Under the pieces are notes generated by a model. That model made no database searches, was not told where the DNA came from, and saw only the letters and a program-made list of their open reading frames with translations. DNA of 64,000 bases, from NCBI GenBank assembly GCA_051362555.1, contig CM120640.1:19344001-19408000 (forward strand), in the 5' to 3' direction. Position 1 is the stretch's first letter, and each line of letters begins with the position of its first letter. A program made the position numbers and the translations under genes. Shown here piece after piece: positions 1-37,937 of the stretch. Source of the stretch: Lingula anatina. Lineage: Eukaryota > Animalia > Brachiopoda.

Positions 1-108
1 ATAAATAAATAAAATAAATAAATACATAAATAAATCATTCCAACAACGAACCATATCTGTAGGCAAGAAACAAATAAGGCAAACACATAACAGGATGATC
101 AGCATGCA

Positions 109-3100
109 CTAGTATACTTTTAAACAAGGCCATGCCAGCAAGTGACCAGTTGACCCACCACTGCCCTCCTCGGTCACCCCTGTTTCCTCTTTCACCTCAC
201 AACTATCTGACCCTTTATCTGTTGCACTAGCTGCACCTCCAACAGGGTCAGAGGTCACCTCATCAGGCACTCTCTGCTGCTGCGTCTGTTGCTGTTGTTT
301 CTGAGATCCATTGCTAAACAGCAAATGAGCTCATCTTTGTCTCATTTGTAACACATTTGTAGAGTGTTATGTTACCAACTTCAGCTTTTAACTTTAGGTA
401 CCAGATCATTTTATTATCAATGATGGGTAAAGTGGAACTGGCCTATCACTTATTTCTACAGTAAAACTACAAAACTTCCATGTCTTACTACATGTATCTT
501 TCATTATTTACCACATCTGATCAAAAGAAAAAAAGAAAAACATTAACATACTGTCATAAAGTTGTGTGTAAATATAAACCATACATAAAAAGGTTACACA
601 AAGAAAAAAAGTATGCCATAATGAACCATATGCACCTCCCAACCATTCTCACTACTTCTCCCTCATTTTCACCCAAAGATAAACTGCAGAACTCGGTGAT
701 CTTAACTACTCCATACTACAGACACTTACTTGCTGACTGGTGAACAACTGGGTGGAGAGGACAACAACACCTGCTTCACTATGGAGACAGCTGACCCAAT
801 GCCTCTCACCACAATACCCGACTCTCCTTCCAAGTCAAAACATTGTCTATAGCTGGAAAAATGAGGTTTGGTTAGAATAAAAAAAAATTGTGGAAAAAGT
901 GAATTGTTTCTTAATGGACTAAGTATGACTGATCACTTGACAGACTCATCAGTTCATGAAAGTGATAAAAATGTCATTCCTCACAGGGAAGAAAACAATG
1001 ATATTATTTTTATGATAACATAAGAAACAATAGAAAAACATATTTCAGTTGAATAATTTGTTTGCTGTTTCACATGTACTGACATTACCCTGAAGCTTCT
1101 AAAAAATTTACTGTTTGATTAAATCACATGGAAGATGTTGATACTTTTCATGCACCATATCCTTTAACAAATTGATGTAGTACAGCTCACCCGATGATGG
1201 CATTCCCACCCATTTCTAAAACTTTTAAACCTATCCTGCGCTGGAGCTCTCCTAAAAATTAAAGTACAATTAATGCAATTAGAAAAGAAAAATCATGCTT
1301 ATAATTCAAACAATGACAAGAAACAAAACTAACAAATAAATAACAAGAGCCTTTAACATCAATGTATCAAGTTTATGACCATGAGAACACAGCTAAAGCA
1401 GACATTTGTGATTACCATAACAAAGAAAAACTAAAAAATAGGACATTCACCTGACAGAGTTGAGAACAGCCTCTGTCTGGTCTCATTTGATGCTCTTGGA
1501 GTTCTTATCTTATCTATCCACTGATACTCGGGGTCATCATTGACCACTAACTCTTCCACAAACCCATAGATAGCCTGAGCCCTGTAGCCATAAGGAACAC
1601 AGGTACCTGTAAGGTAACATGCTAAAACTCTTAGTCTACACATTTTAAACAAGGCAGCAAAGCTGTCAAATGTACAGACAAAAAAACAGAAAAAATAATA
1701 ATAAAATATACGTATCATGGATTTTCAGAAAATGTGACTAGCATGGGTCTTCAAGCCCGTGCAACTTCAAAGTCACACCTTGAAAATGCCAATATGTGAA
1801 AAATTAAATTTTCACAAAAAAAAAAAAAAAAAACGTTTAACTGGCAGTAAGAATTACCAAACAGACTGCATTGCCTACTGAAGCTGTATTTTAGTCCCAT
1901 GTTTCTTTCCTGTAAGTTTGAGAACAGTAAGTGACATGGTTTTTCTTAAATGGTCATCATGGGAGCAGTGCCCAAAATATTTTTTTTTCAAATTTTGATG
2001 CAATATTACATAATGTTAAACAGCATAATGATCATCAATTTTAATAATTAAATATTAGTATTATGGATATTCAGAAAATGTGACTAGCAAAGGTCTTCAG
2101 GCCCATGGAACTTCAAAGTCACGACTTGAAAATGCCAAAATGTAAACAAGACAGCAATGTTCTGAAATGTTTTTTTTTTCCAGTTTTAACAATTTCTAAC
2201 ATAAAACAAAATTAACAGTTTACTACCGTTTTTATATGATCAACTAAGAAAATTGATGAGATGGGAAAAATATTAATAGAGCAGTGTTAAATGTCCAATT
2301 TCTTCCATTCTGAGATTCTGAACATAGTGAATGATTGAATCTGACAAACTGCAATGATATGAGTTTATTTCCATTTTTGAAACTTTATTACACAATACAC
2401 GATAACAAGTTTACCATCATTTTTACATAATCAACTAATGATGTTGTAAAGATGCAGGAAATGCCAAACAAACACTTTTACGTATCTTATTAATTAAAAA
2501 TTGAAACTGTTAACATGCCTAAGAATTTAATCTGAGGAAATGTGAAAAAAATGGCATTTCTTGAAAATAATGGCCCTATTATGCAGATTTTTGAACTCAA
2601 CCTGCGTTTTAGCAGGAATGACCACTCCTGTGAGTTTAATGACAATTGGCCTATCTGTTTTTCGTATATTGTTTACAGTGTTGCATATATGCTGAAAAGT
2701 GAAAAAACAGCATAACTTCTACAATAATGGCCCGATCATGCTGATTTTCGAACTTGACCTGCATTTTATGAATATTCATCAGCTCTGTAAATATACAACC
2801 AAAAAGTAAATTTGCCTTCCACTTATCATGTTTACAATGAAAGTGCACGGCGCCAGCGCCAGTGACGGCGACGACGACAGACGCAGGTGATGGCAATATG
2901 TACAGACACATCTGTACTTATTTACTGTACTGTTTGAGAACAGTAAGTGACATGGTTTTTCTTAAATGGTCATCATGGGAGCAGTGCCCTAAATAGATTT
3001 TTTTCAGATTTTGATGCAATATTACATAATGTTTAACAGCATAATGACCATCAATTTTTAATAATAAAATATTAGTATCATGGATATTCAGAAAATGTGA

Positions 3101-5498
3101 CTAGCAAAGGTCTTCAGGCCCATGGAACTTCAAAGTCACAACTTGAAAATGCCAAAATGTAAACAAAGACAGCACTGTTCTGAAATGTTTTTTTTTTTTT
3201 TTTTTCATTTTTAACAATTTTTTTAACATAAAACAAAATTAACAGGTTACTGCCATTTTTATACGATCAACTAAGAAAATTGATGAGATGGGCAAAATAT
3301 CAATACAACAGTGTTAAATGGCCAATTTCCTCCATTCTGAAATTCTGAACATAGTGAATGATTGAATCTGACAAACTGCAATGATATGAGTTTATTTCTA
3401 TTTTTGACACTTTATTACACAATATAGGATAACAAGTTTACCATCATTTTTACTTAATCAACTAACAATGTTGTAAAGATGCAGGAAATGTCAACCAAAC
3501 ACTTTTACATGTCTTATTAGTTAAATAATAAGACTGTTAACATGCCTAAGAATTGAATCTGAGGAAATGTGAAAAAACAGCATAACTTCTAAAATAATGG
3601 CCCGATTATGCTGATTTTCGAACTCAACCTGTGTTTTAGTAAGATTGACCACTCCTGTGAGTTTAATGACAATTGGCCAATCTGTTTTTCTTATATTGTG
3701 TTTACAGTGTTGCATATATGCTGAAAAATGAAAAAAACAGCATAACTACTAAAATAGTGGCCCGATCATGCCGATTTTCGAACTTGACCTGCATTTTAGT
3801 AAGATTGATTACTCCTGTGAGTTTCATGACAACAGGCCTAACGGATTTCCTTAAAATGTGTTTACAGGGTTGCATATATGCTGAAAATTGAAAAAACAGC
3901 ATAACTTCTACAATAATGGCCCGATCATGCTGATTTTCGAACTTGACCTGCGTTTTATGAATATTCATCAGCTCTGTAAATATACAACCAAAAAGTAAAA
4001 CTGCCCTCCACTTATCCTGTTTACAAGGAAAGTGCACGGTGCCGGCGACGGCGACGGCGACGACAGACGCAGGTGATGGCAATATGTACAGACACATCTG
4101 TGTCTGTACATAAAAATGAATTCACATCTTATTTAATACATGTACATTTCTTGGGAAAAAAAGAAATTCAGCATGGCAATAGTTCTGATGCTCACACCTA
4201 CCACCAGTTTAATGGCAAACAATCAGAAAAACATGACAAAACAATTAGACTATAAGAACAAGTGCTGGAAAGACACCTTTTCTATTTTTCAAAAAAATAT
4301 TGTCGATTTTACCCAAGGAGCCTATGTTTGAAAAAATTTACTGGAAGTCATGATCTGAATAAACTTCCAGCATGATCTCACTGCCCTTCATTGGAATTTT
4401 TGCAGTTTTTCCTTTACATTTTTTAAACTTGATTGTTTAATAAAAAAAATAATGTTAATACCTTAAGTATTTTATGATCAATATCAAAATTAAAGGGGAA
4501 CTGAATTTTAAAAGCATTAATCTTCAGACATCTTACTTCCAAAAAACTGAACTCCACAGGAGGACTGTCTGTATCTGTTGACATCTGTGAACAGCTCCAA
4601 TTTCACTATCACATTTATTTCGCCTCGGATTCCTGAAAATTATAATTAATTTGTATGTACATTTACACTTATATGCACTTCTAAAATCTAAATATTAAAT
4701 ATTATACATATTGATTATGCTTGGGTTTACAGCATGCAATTATGTGCATAATAAAAAACTTCACTTTCTACCTCAATTATTGTACCCTCAATCTTGGAAC
4801 TAAATGCCCAAAGTGGTATAAACTTCAAACACTACATACTGGACAAACTGCTGCTGCTTACCATGCATGGTGTCATAGATTGGAAACCATCCACATATTG
4901 AGGATGCACTATCTTTGGACAACAGGGGATTTAAGTTAATGTAAACCTTCCCTATGGCATCATGGGCACTGTATGTATCATAGTCCAGCACTCTGTAAGG
5001 CCAAGTATATGTTTTGTAATAAAAATAATATGTTTCATCTATTTAGCCACCACACCTGAAAATTTGCACACATCTTCCTTATTTTTATCAGTATGTTTAA
5101 AACAAATCAATATGACGCAACACCTGTTAAAGTTGATTAAAATTATATTACCGCAGTTGCAGTGGTTCATCTTGCAAATCTTCATCATCCACCTACAAGA
5201 GAAGTCTTAAAAATTATCAGAAAACATTTAACAGTTGGATTGCTATAATTAACATGAAAACAAGTTGTTTGATATAAAAATCCCAATCCTTGGTACGTTT
5301 TAGAAATTAGAGATAACACCTGGAATTGAAAAGACTGCATTTATTAGTCTAGATCAAAACATCATAATATTACCAATAACTACTTTTAGAACTTCTATAA
5401 TCTGCACAAGCAGATACTCAAAGAAAATTCTACATCAAATCCTATTTTGTAATTAAAATTAAAATAATTATAATCACACACATGCATGCACACTTACA

Positions 5499-5549
<51 letters not shown>

Positions 5550-6016
5550 TCCTACCTCAAATCTGAACCACTCAGAATTCCAAAGAGGGTTTAATGATTT
5601 TCTGAAAACGTCAGTCTTTTGGGTAACATTTCCAAACCTTACCTGAAATCCCATTGTACACATATTTACAAATGATTATGAAACTTCGACCACATTTTTT
5701 TCTTTTGCTCACAATCCTGTGCATGCATATAGAAAGTTTGATATACTGACACAAAGCAGAAACACTGGCTAGTAACTGTACAAAATTTTTAAGACTGTGT
5801 TTAATTTCAGCTGCATTTGCATTTAGTGTGGGACCAGTAATTAACATCACAGATTGAAAAAGTATATCCTATCTTTATATACCATAGCAATCCAGTGTGG
5901 TAAGGATATGCTAATACACTACTTACCTCAACAAAAGCATCAGTCAGGTCACTAGCTCTATCCATGATGGGGAGACCTCGGCCACCGAGGATACGGACCT
6001 TAACCTTAGCAGGCAT
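109..6016 (-). CDS. C2CD5: C2 domain-containing protein 5 (KIAA0528/CDP138-like), multi-exon, 3' end beyond the left edge of the window
   Basis: Spliced exons (approx. 5927-6016, 5556-5643, 5152-5192, 4862-4993, 4537-4632, 1450-1606, 1191-1251, 730-852, ~118-322) read MPAKVKVRILGGRGLPIMDRASDLTDAFVEV-RFGNVTQKTDVFRKSLNPLWNSEWFRFEV-DDEDLQDEPLQLR-VLDYDTYSAHDAIGKV...GFVEELVVNDDPEYQWIDKIRTPRASNETRQRL...QCFDLEGESGIVVR. This matches the recalled human C2CD5 N-terminus. Boundaries are GT-AG. Confidence 0.95.
1648..4116 (-). mobile_element. Helentron-like non-autonomous element (HINE family A), two tandem/partial copies in a C2CD5 intron
   Basis: 5' head TTTTTATGTACAGACACAGATGTGTCTGTACA hairpin plus a (GTCGCC)n-like microsatellite at ~4040-4116; a second head at ~2870-2915; ~160-bp internal tandem units; 3' end TGTCTGTACATTTGACAGCTTTGCTGCCTTGTT at 1648-1680. 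Near-identical copies at 52954-56107. Confidence 0.8.
5501..5546. repeat. (CA)n microsatellite
   Basis: Seen directly in the sequence. Confidence 0.97.
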
Positions 6017-6857
6017 CTTGCTAAATATATAAAAAATAGTTATAATATGAAATATATCATTTTGGTTTTAAAAATAGGATTTACAGTATGTACAGTATGT
6101 CTTCTTTGTACCAAAAAAATAAATGTAAGTTATATACAGTCAAATTCAAGGGTATAGGACTATAAAAATTGTTATATCAATATATCACACATATTACCAT
6201 GAAAATAGGTTTAATGACAGGGTCAGATAGAAGTTATTGGATGACAACTGGATAAAAGAAGGCAAAAGGTTAAATTATTTAAACAGTTTTCATGTCACCC
6301 TTGATCCTTTTTATAGACCATTAAAATTGTGTTTTGCATACCTTGATGTCAATTATCTGTGTATCTTTGTTGTCATAAAGGTCTGGTCATAACCACTACA
6401 TATCACTATCAGTGTCACTAAGCCACCAGTACATGATCTATACCTCATGGATCTGACACAGTATTAGTAACAGTTTAATGGTATCAGTGGCATGGTAGAG
6501 GGTAACCCCCTGAAATGATCGTCTGATGTTATGCTCATGCATCAAAAATAATAACGGATTACTGCAGTTGTACAACCTTATTGTATCATTCGTTTCATGT
6601 ATAACATATCATCAATAAAATACCGATTAAGCCGGGATTCGCTGTCATATTAATTTGGCATTGTTGCAGGTGTTCCAGAACTCGTTAAGATCGAGTGATC
6701 ATACTAACGTTATAAACAAAGACCAAAAGTTGTAACTTATTTAACTGCAGCTATTTATCTAAGTATCCAATTGTTTCCTGATTGATGCACAGAAGTTATA
6801 CTTTAGCTATTTGGAAAAAGGGGTAACATATCACAGGTCAACAGAAACACGACCTAC

Positions 6858-6905
6858 CTTTGTTTTCCATTTCCGCTTGTCTTGACTTTTGCTGACACCT
6901 GACGG
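6858..6905 (-). promoter_or_regulatory. Probable non-coding first exon / TSS region of C2CD5
   Basis: An acceptor AG lies 4 nt upstream of the ATG (6021-6022), so an upstream exon is needed. A good minus-strand donor (AAG|GTAGGT) is at 6857 in a locally CpG-richer patch with an ETS-like CGGAA. Confidence 0.5.
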
Positions 6906-7063
6906 ACTTCATCGAAATTATAGTCTCATTATTCCATTCGTGAACTATTCGTTCGGTGTTTCTTCTCGATCGGAATTATGTCCGTTTTGTGCTTTCATGC
7001 ATTCCATTCAACATAAAATTGGTTAAACTGAAATAAATTACTAATTTTCATTCGTTCGTATAT

Positions 7064-9707
7064 AACCCATTACAGTGACGTCATATTTGCTCCGTAACAC
7101 TAGTCCAGCAGCCATACTGGAGGGAAAGAGCGACGGGGATTAGTAGCGTAAATATAGGTAAACCCAATAAAATAAACTAAACTTCATATTGCGATCAAGT
7201 ACACCAAAAGGAAAAGTGTATATACATGTGAAAACTACAGCTGATCAGCGTGATTGACCCATATAAACTCAGGACATTCCAAAGACGAGAAATCCTGACT
7301 TATCCCAACATCGTGGAATTGTCAGAAGCTAGTTCAGTTATCTTGTACTTCATTTTTCTTGCTCACTGGATAATAACAGTTAATAGTTTTAGAGAGTTTA
7401 ATGTGTAATCATAAGTTCAACTTTTCATAGAAGCAACTTTTTACATAAAGGATAGATGAAAGGAGAAATTTGAGCTGACCATTGGGATCGACCCTTTAGG
7501 ACTCAAAGAAGACAGTATGCAGGGTTTTCTTATATAAGAAGAAGTTATATAACAAGAAATATTGCTGTCAGATATGATTTAACTGAACATAATGAAGCTG
7601 TCAGAAATTATTTCAGCATTCTTGTACTTCATTTTGGTTCATTAGGAAGTACATGTAACATGACTGTTGTTTGAGAGTTCAATATTTTATTATGAATTCA
7701 ACCATTCACATTAGCAACATTGTTAGCATTTTATTATTAGTCCAGACATTCACAGAAGCAAGGCATTTTTAAAACTTATTAATTTATGATATCCAATGTA
7801 GCATAACAACAAGTCAGTTCATGAATTGATCTTCATTTGATTAAAAATATAGGAAAATGCACATTTTAAATTGTATGAATAAAAGTAAACATAAAATGCA
7901 AAACATTGTTGACATTGTTGCACAATTCAATGACAGATTATCAGGGTCCCTTTCCTTTCGGTTGATAACACTGACATGAAAAATATTTCCATACTTTTAA
8001 TGATGCAGTGCAACATGTACATGAGCATATTACGTCGAATCAAGTCACTATAATCTGAGAAACCTGTTTGGTATATTTTTATCTATGTCTAGAGAAATGC
8101 TTGATTGAAGACTCACAATTGATATGTGCTGTGTGCAATAATTGTGTGTAGGTATGTACATATAAGTCCTTAGATGGTGTTACTAAGCAGTTTGTAATTT
8201 CATTTAGGAGAATTCCACAACTGGTGGTCACAATTTAAAAAATGTGCAACCTACAAGAGCTAAATCTTTTCTTGATACAGGAAAGCCATCTGTTTCTGCA
8301 TATCAGACCATCTGTGAGAAGTGCAACATACAAAGTATTATATTACTTGCAAACTTTTCCATTTAGCATTTAAAAATATGAGAAAGAAAAAGTGTTTTCA
8401 TTCCTTCTTGTGCTTCTGCTCACAATTCTAAATAAATAGAATACCTATCCTTGTTGTATGCAAGCTATCAGGATAACAACTTTAAACGACAAATGAACAA
8501 TTAAATAAACAAACAAATCCAATTAAATAACTCCTGTCATGCACTGAAGTTCACTCTCCTGATGTTCAGATCCTGTCTCCTCAGCTGGTCACAAAGATAT
8601 AAGAATATTATTTCGCTGCTTCTACCTTGTGTGCCATTTAGCTGCCTTTTTGTACCTGTCACCTGTTGTTGTTGTTGTTGTTTTTATTTTATTTTATTTT
8701 ATTTATTATAATTTTTTTTCTTTTTTTTTTTTTTTTTTTTTTTTGATAATCAAGATTTACTTGCACCCAATCATTCAGTGTGGCTTGGTGGGAAAATGCC
8801 AGATCAATTTCCTAAATGCAAATTAACAAAAAAAAAGGTAACAATAGTTATTTTTATTCATATTGTAACTTGAAATACAGTAGGAAAACACAGAATTTAA
8901 CATTTTTCAAATTCATTTCATTAAGTTATATGTCAATTAAATGATACCTGAGCTAGAATATATACTTACAAAACAGATTTACTCTTAACACTACACCAAA
9001 TCTAAAATCAAGCCACTAACTTCCAAATACACATGACACAGGTAATTGATTTAATTGGCCCAACTGAGCTGTGTTCAAATGTACATTGTACTGTAGCCTT
9101 GATACTAATTGACAATAATGCTAACCAGGTATTTAAGAGGTAGATGACAGCAGATAAAATCCGAAGAGCACCATAACTGATAACAAATTACACCCAAGGC
9201 AATGAAGTGAGTCTTCATAATGAAAGTCGAAACCTTGCCTGGGTTTTCCACACGTTTTTACAACACACTCTCCACCCAACCTTTTCGGGCACTATTAACA
9301 TGCAGTGTACGTGCGCTCCAAACTTATACACCTCGGTCTTTGGTTTTCTACTGTTTTTTTTTCTTTTATGGTAAAGGCTGCACAGCTGGGTCTTCATTCT
9401 TTGCTGTAAAATAAATTAGTTGTATCCTTTACTTGTCCGATGATCGAGTCTTGATTCAAAGCCACTCCTCGGTCTCTCCTCCGTTTACGATTTTCGTCCC
9501 TACACCTGTGAACGCTTGTTAAGTTAGTTATCTTCTCTCTATCATATACCCTGCAGTAATTCATCATTTTACTCGGTTTAATATCAAAGAAAACACAGAA
9601 ATAAAATATTAATTTGTACATGTAGACATGATCATGCGCAGCAGACGATTCCGGTCTCCCTCCAGTATGGCTGCCGTTTGTTTTGATGACGAGGGCTACA
9701 ATGGGTT
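7064..9707. mobile_element. Decayed TIR DNA transposon, probably ISL2EU/PIF-Harbinger-related, with a THAP-like remnant on the minus strand
   Basis: Ends AACCCATT...AATGGGTT, plus a perfect 18-bp subterminal inverted repeat GCAGCCATACTGGAGGGA (~7108-7125 and ~9657-9674). The minus strand from ~9567 reads MMNYCRVY-DREK...EER.R.W...LNQD, resembling a transposon THAP N-terminus with deletions and frameshifts. Confidence 0.6.
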
Positions 9708-11752
9708 AATACGTTTGAAATAAATGGATAATTAATTATTCGTTCATTTCTTTTAAAGGAAAAAAATATATTTATTCGTTCATTTAAGACTCATTTAATT
9801 TACGTTTTATCTATTTTATGGAAGACAATAGAAAACATGACTGAATACCAAGAATCCTAGTGCACATTCCCAAATGTAAAATGTGTTCCTTAAAGATCCT
9901 TCTCTATTATATTGTTTCAGATTTTAACAAAATATAACAAAATGGAGATTCTTATCTTTTATTCATATCACTTTTATATCTATTGTTTTTAACGTCAAAG
10001 TTTTCCAGTGGAAAAAAACTACAACCTAAAATAAACAATTCTGTTGTAAAGATAAACATTTTTTTTCTGTAAAGGTCACCCTGTGAGAAATACAAAATAA
10101 AAACAAAACACTCAAATTTGTTGAGTTTTAACCCAAAAATTCATTTCCTTCTAGCTGGGCTAGAACTATATAATTGTAAGTTCAGTATTATGCACAGTGA
10201 ATGTAAACGGGCAACAAAACCCTTTGTAAATGAACATTTTTATAAAGTTAACATCAATACTACACCTATGAAAATAAAAATTATAATTATTTTGTAAATT
10301 AAAGTCATCTTTGTGTATTCTGAACTGGCAAAAGTTATGACTTAACTATAAAATATTTAACCAAACTCACTTTATTACAGAAAAATTGACCACTATTGTA
10401 ATATTGTTAAAGTTGTAAAAAACCTTTAGAGTTGGGAAGGCATGGTCCCCTTTTCCTTAATCTTATATCGTTTTGAACAATAATTTTACTTTAGGGTTCT
10501 TTACAACCTTAATTCTCTTTTATTTCAAAAATAGTTAATTGAGATTCCTATTCTTTATTAATATATCTTTCTATAAAATTGAACAATCAAACAGATTTTT
10601 TAAATGTCACATCTCCTTGTCAAATCAATAACAACTGAACATTGTTGACAAGGTAAATATATCTCTTTAAAGATCAATACTTGAAAAACATTCAGTAAAC
10701 AAAACAAAACTTAGGATAATGTTTATAAAGAATCAATGACATTTTCCATGCTACTGTCAGCTAGAGTAGAACTACAAACTAATTGTCATAATTTCAGAGC
10801 TACGCACAGCGTAGATAAAAGACCAGCAAACCCTTGGAGATCTTGAGGCTCCAATATTTTTTGTTAATTAATAATATTGCTTTTATCAAGATAACCATAC
10901 CACAGATTTTAGAGAATGAATGTATTTTGTTTGTCGTTATTGTTTTCTTCTTTTATTATGCACTGGTCTTAAATTTTTGCTTATTAGTCATTAAAATTTT
11001 TTGTAAGTTTCATTTTGATATTGATTACAATTTCAGAGTTTCCTCTTGAAATCTACAAATACCCACCATTACATAGTAATAAACATTTGCAACAACATGA
11101 GCGTGAGAAATGAAATCAAGGAAATCTTTGTTTAACTGAACCTCTTTTAAATTTTTTTCCACAATTGAAATACAAACTCCACAATACTAAATCAAAGACC
11201 TATTGTCCACAATCTACTTTAAAAATAAACAAACATGTAATTGATACTTAATATTACTGTGTTTTGAGAGGTTCTTTGCAATATCAGTCCTTCAAATATT
11301 CATTTCATCTGGGGGTAACTGTTTCCATTATCCATGTTATTATTTTTAAGCCTGTCTGGCATAGTATGCAGTTTGGCTTTGAAAGATTTAATCATCTCGT
11401 TTTTAAATAAAATTGATCAAATTTCAGCTTCTGACAAAAATATATTTTTATCATCGCAAACAGGTGCTGTGTGACCTTTAAATATACTTCACTCACTACA
11501 ATTTGACTGGCGCCTATCAGAAATCTTTGAGAAAGCAACAAATACTGATTGTGCTACACATAAACTGTGTCGCAAGAGACGCAATTTCCTCATGGATAAA
11601 CATTTAATGAAGCAGCAAAAGCTCATAATCAACAAATCTTAACGTTGGCAAATTTTTTGTGAGACAATTAAATGAAAAAAAAAACAAACATGTCAATAGA
11701 ACTATATTCATTCAGACTCCCGTTTCCATAGAAGTTTGCTACAGCAGCATCT

Positions 11753-37121
<25,369 letters not shown>

Positions 37122-37520
37122 TGTAAGCCGCAGTTTGCACCAAAAAACCTTTAGAACACCACGTGTTGTTTTGCAAAGATTTTCGCTAAGAAAATGTGCG
37201 ACAAATAAAACTCTGAGTATTTTGTACGACGACTACAGATCTATCCAAAAATGATCCTATTGCTTCTCTGAATCTTCCTGAACCTGTCTGTAAATTCTCT
37301 TAGAAATCGGAGGCTTTGTTCCGCAGCAGTCGGCCAAATATATTTTTCACACGTGGAGAGAAAACTGGATCAATGGACGTCCGCCATTGCACTGGTTGGC
37401 TCGCGCCGTATTCCGCGAAGTGGAAGGTGCGCCTGTTCGTCCAATAATTTGCGAGTATTGTAATAACATCCAATATGGCGCACTGCTTGATGGAGACAAG
37501 ATGATGGGTACTATTTGGCA
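37122..37520. promoter_or_regulatory. Bidirectional CpG-rich promoter between CAD and the LRR gene
   Basis: Divergent ATGs at 37121 and 37938. CACGTG at 37160-65 and 37350-55, CCAAT at 37441, E2F-like TTCGCGGA (minus strand) near 37411-18, YY1-like AATATGGCG near 37472. CpG is clearly enriched against the flanks. Confidence 0.7.
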
Positions 37521-37937
37521 AAATTCTTGGCATTTAGTGTATCTGCAATAGAAGTTATTTCAGAATTTTGCAATATGTATCTTTTAACACTGGATTTGTG
37601 TTGATTTACTGTGCATTGCCAATTTGAAAAGAATAACCCTAATGATCGGTTTGAAATTTCAAATGCTTTGCCCTACTAAGAAATTTCAGACATGGCAACA
37701 TGTAAACAATCCATGTTTGAACTTCATTGAAGACATATAGTTAGTGTGTTTGATTGCAAAGAACACGATGAATATATGTATATAGTCATTGATTTATATA
37801 TATCATTTCCATGCAAGACATGAGTTTAGAAATTTATTAAATCTTCTCATTTATTTATAGTGTACGTGGTGTAAATCAGATTCAACATAGTACTGGTACA
37901 TGTAAGTCTAACTGGAGCAATACTGCAGCAACTCAAC

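Noticed and set aside
2651-4097. Repeated ORFs (MCLYILPSPA..., KFENQHDRAIIVEVMLFF), also at 53096-55271
   Set aside because: They are translations of the non-coding HINE tandem units. Frames break differently between copies and no domain is recognisable.
7150-8590. Possible spliced snoRNA host gene (GT/AG sites, H/ACA-like double hairpin 8167-8255, C/D-like 7999-8058)
   Set aside because: The boxes are imperfect, I recognised no rRNA guide, and the region is better explained as decayed transposon coding sequence. An Rfam or snoRNA scan could revisit this.
7062-9709. piggyBac assignment for the 2.6-kb element (CCC..GGG|TTAA)
   Set aside because: The left flank is ATAA rather than TTAA, no piggyBac DDD core is recognisable, and the THAP-like remnant fits other superfamilies better. 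Not fully excluded.
37634-37642. TAACCCTAA, resembling a telomerase RNA template
   Set aside because: A single 9-mer in AT-rich sequence, with no pseudoknot or H/ACA support visible.
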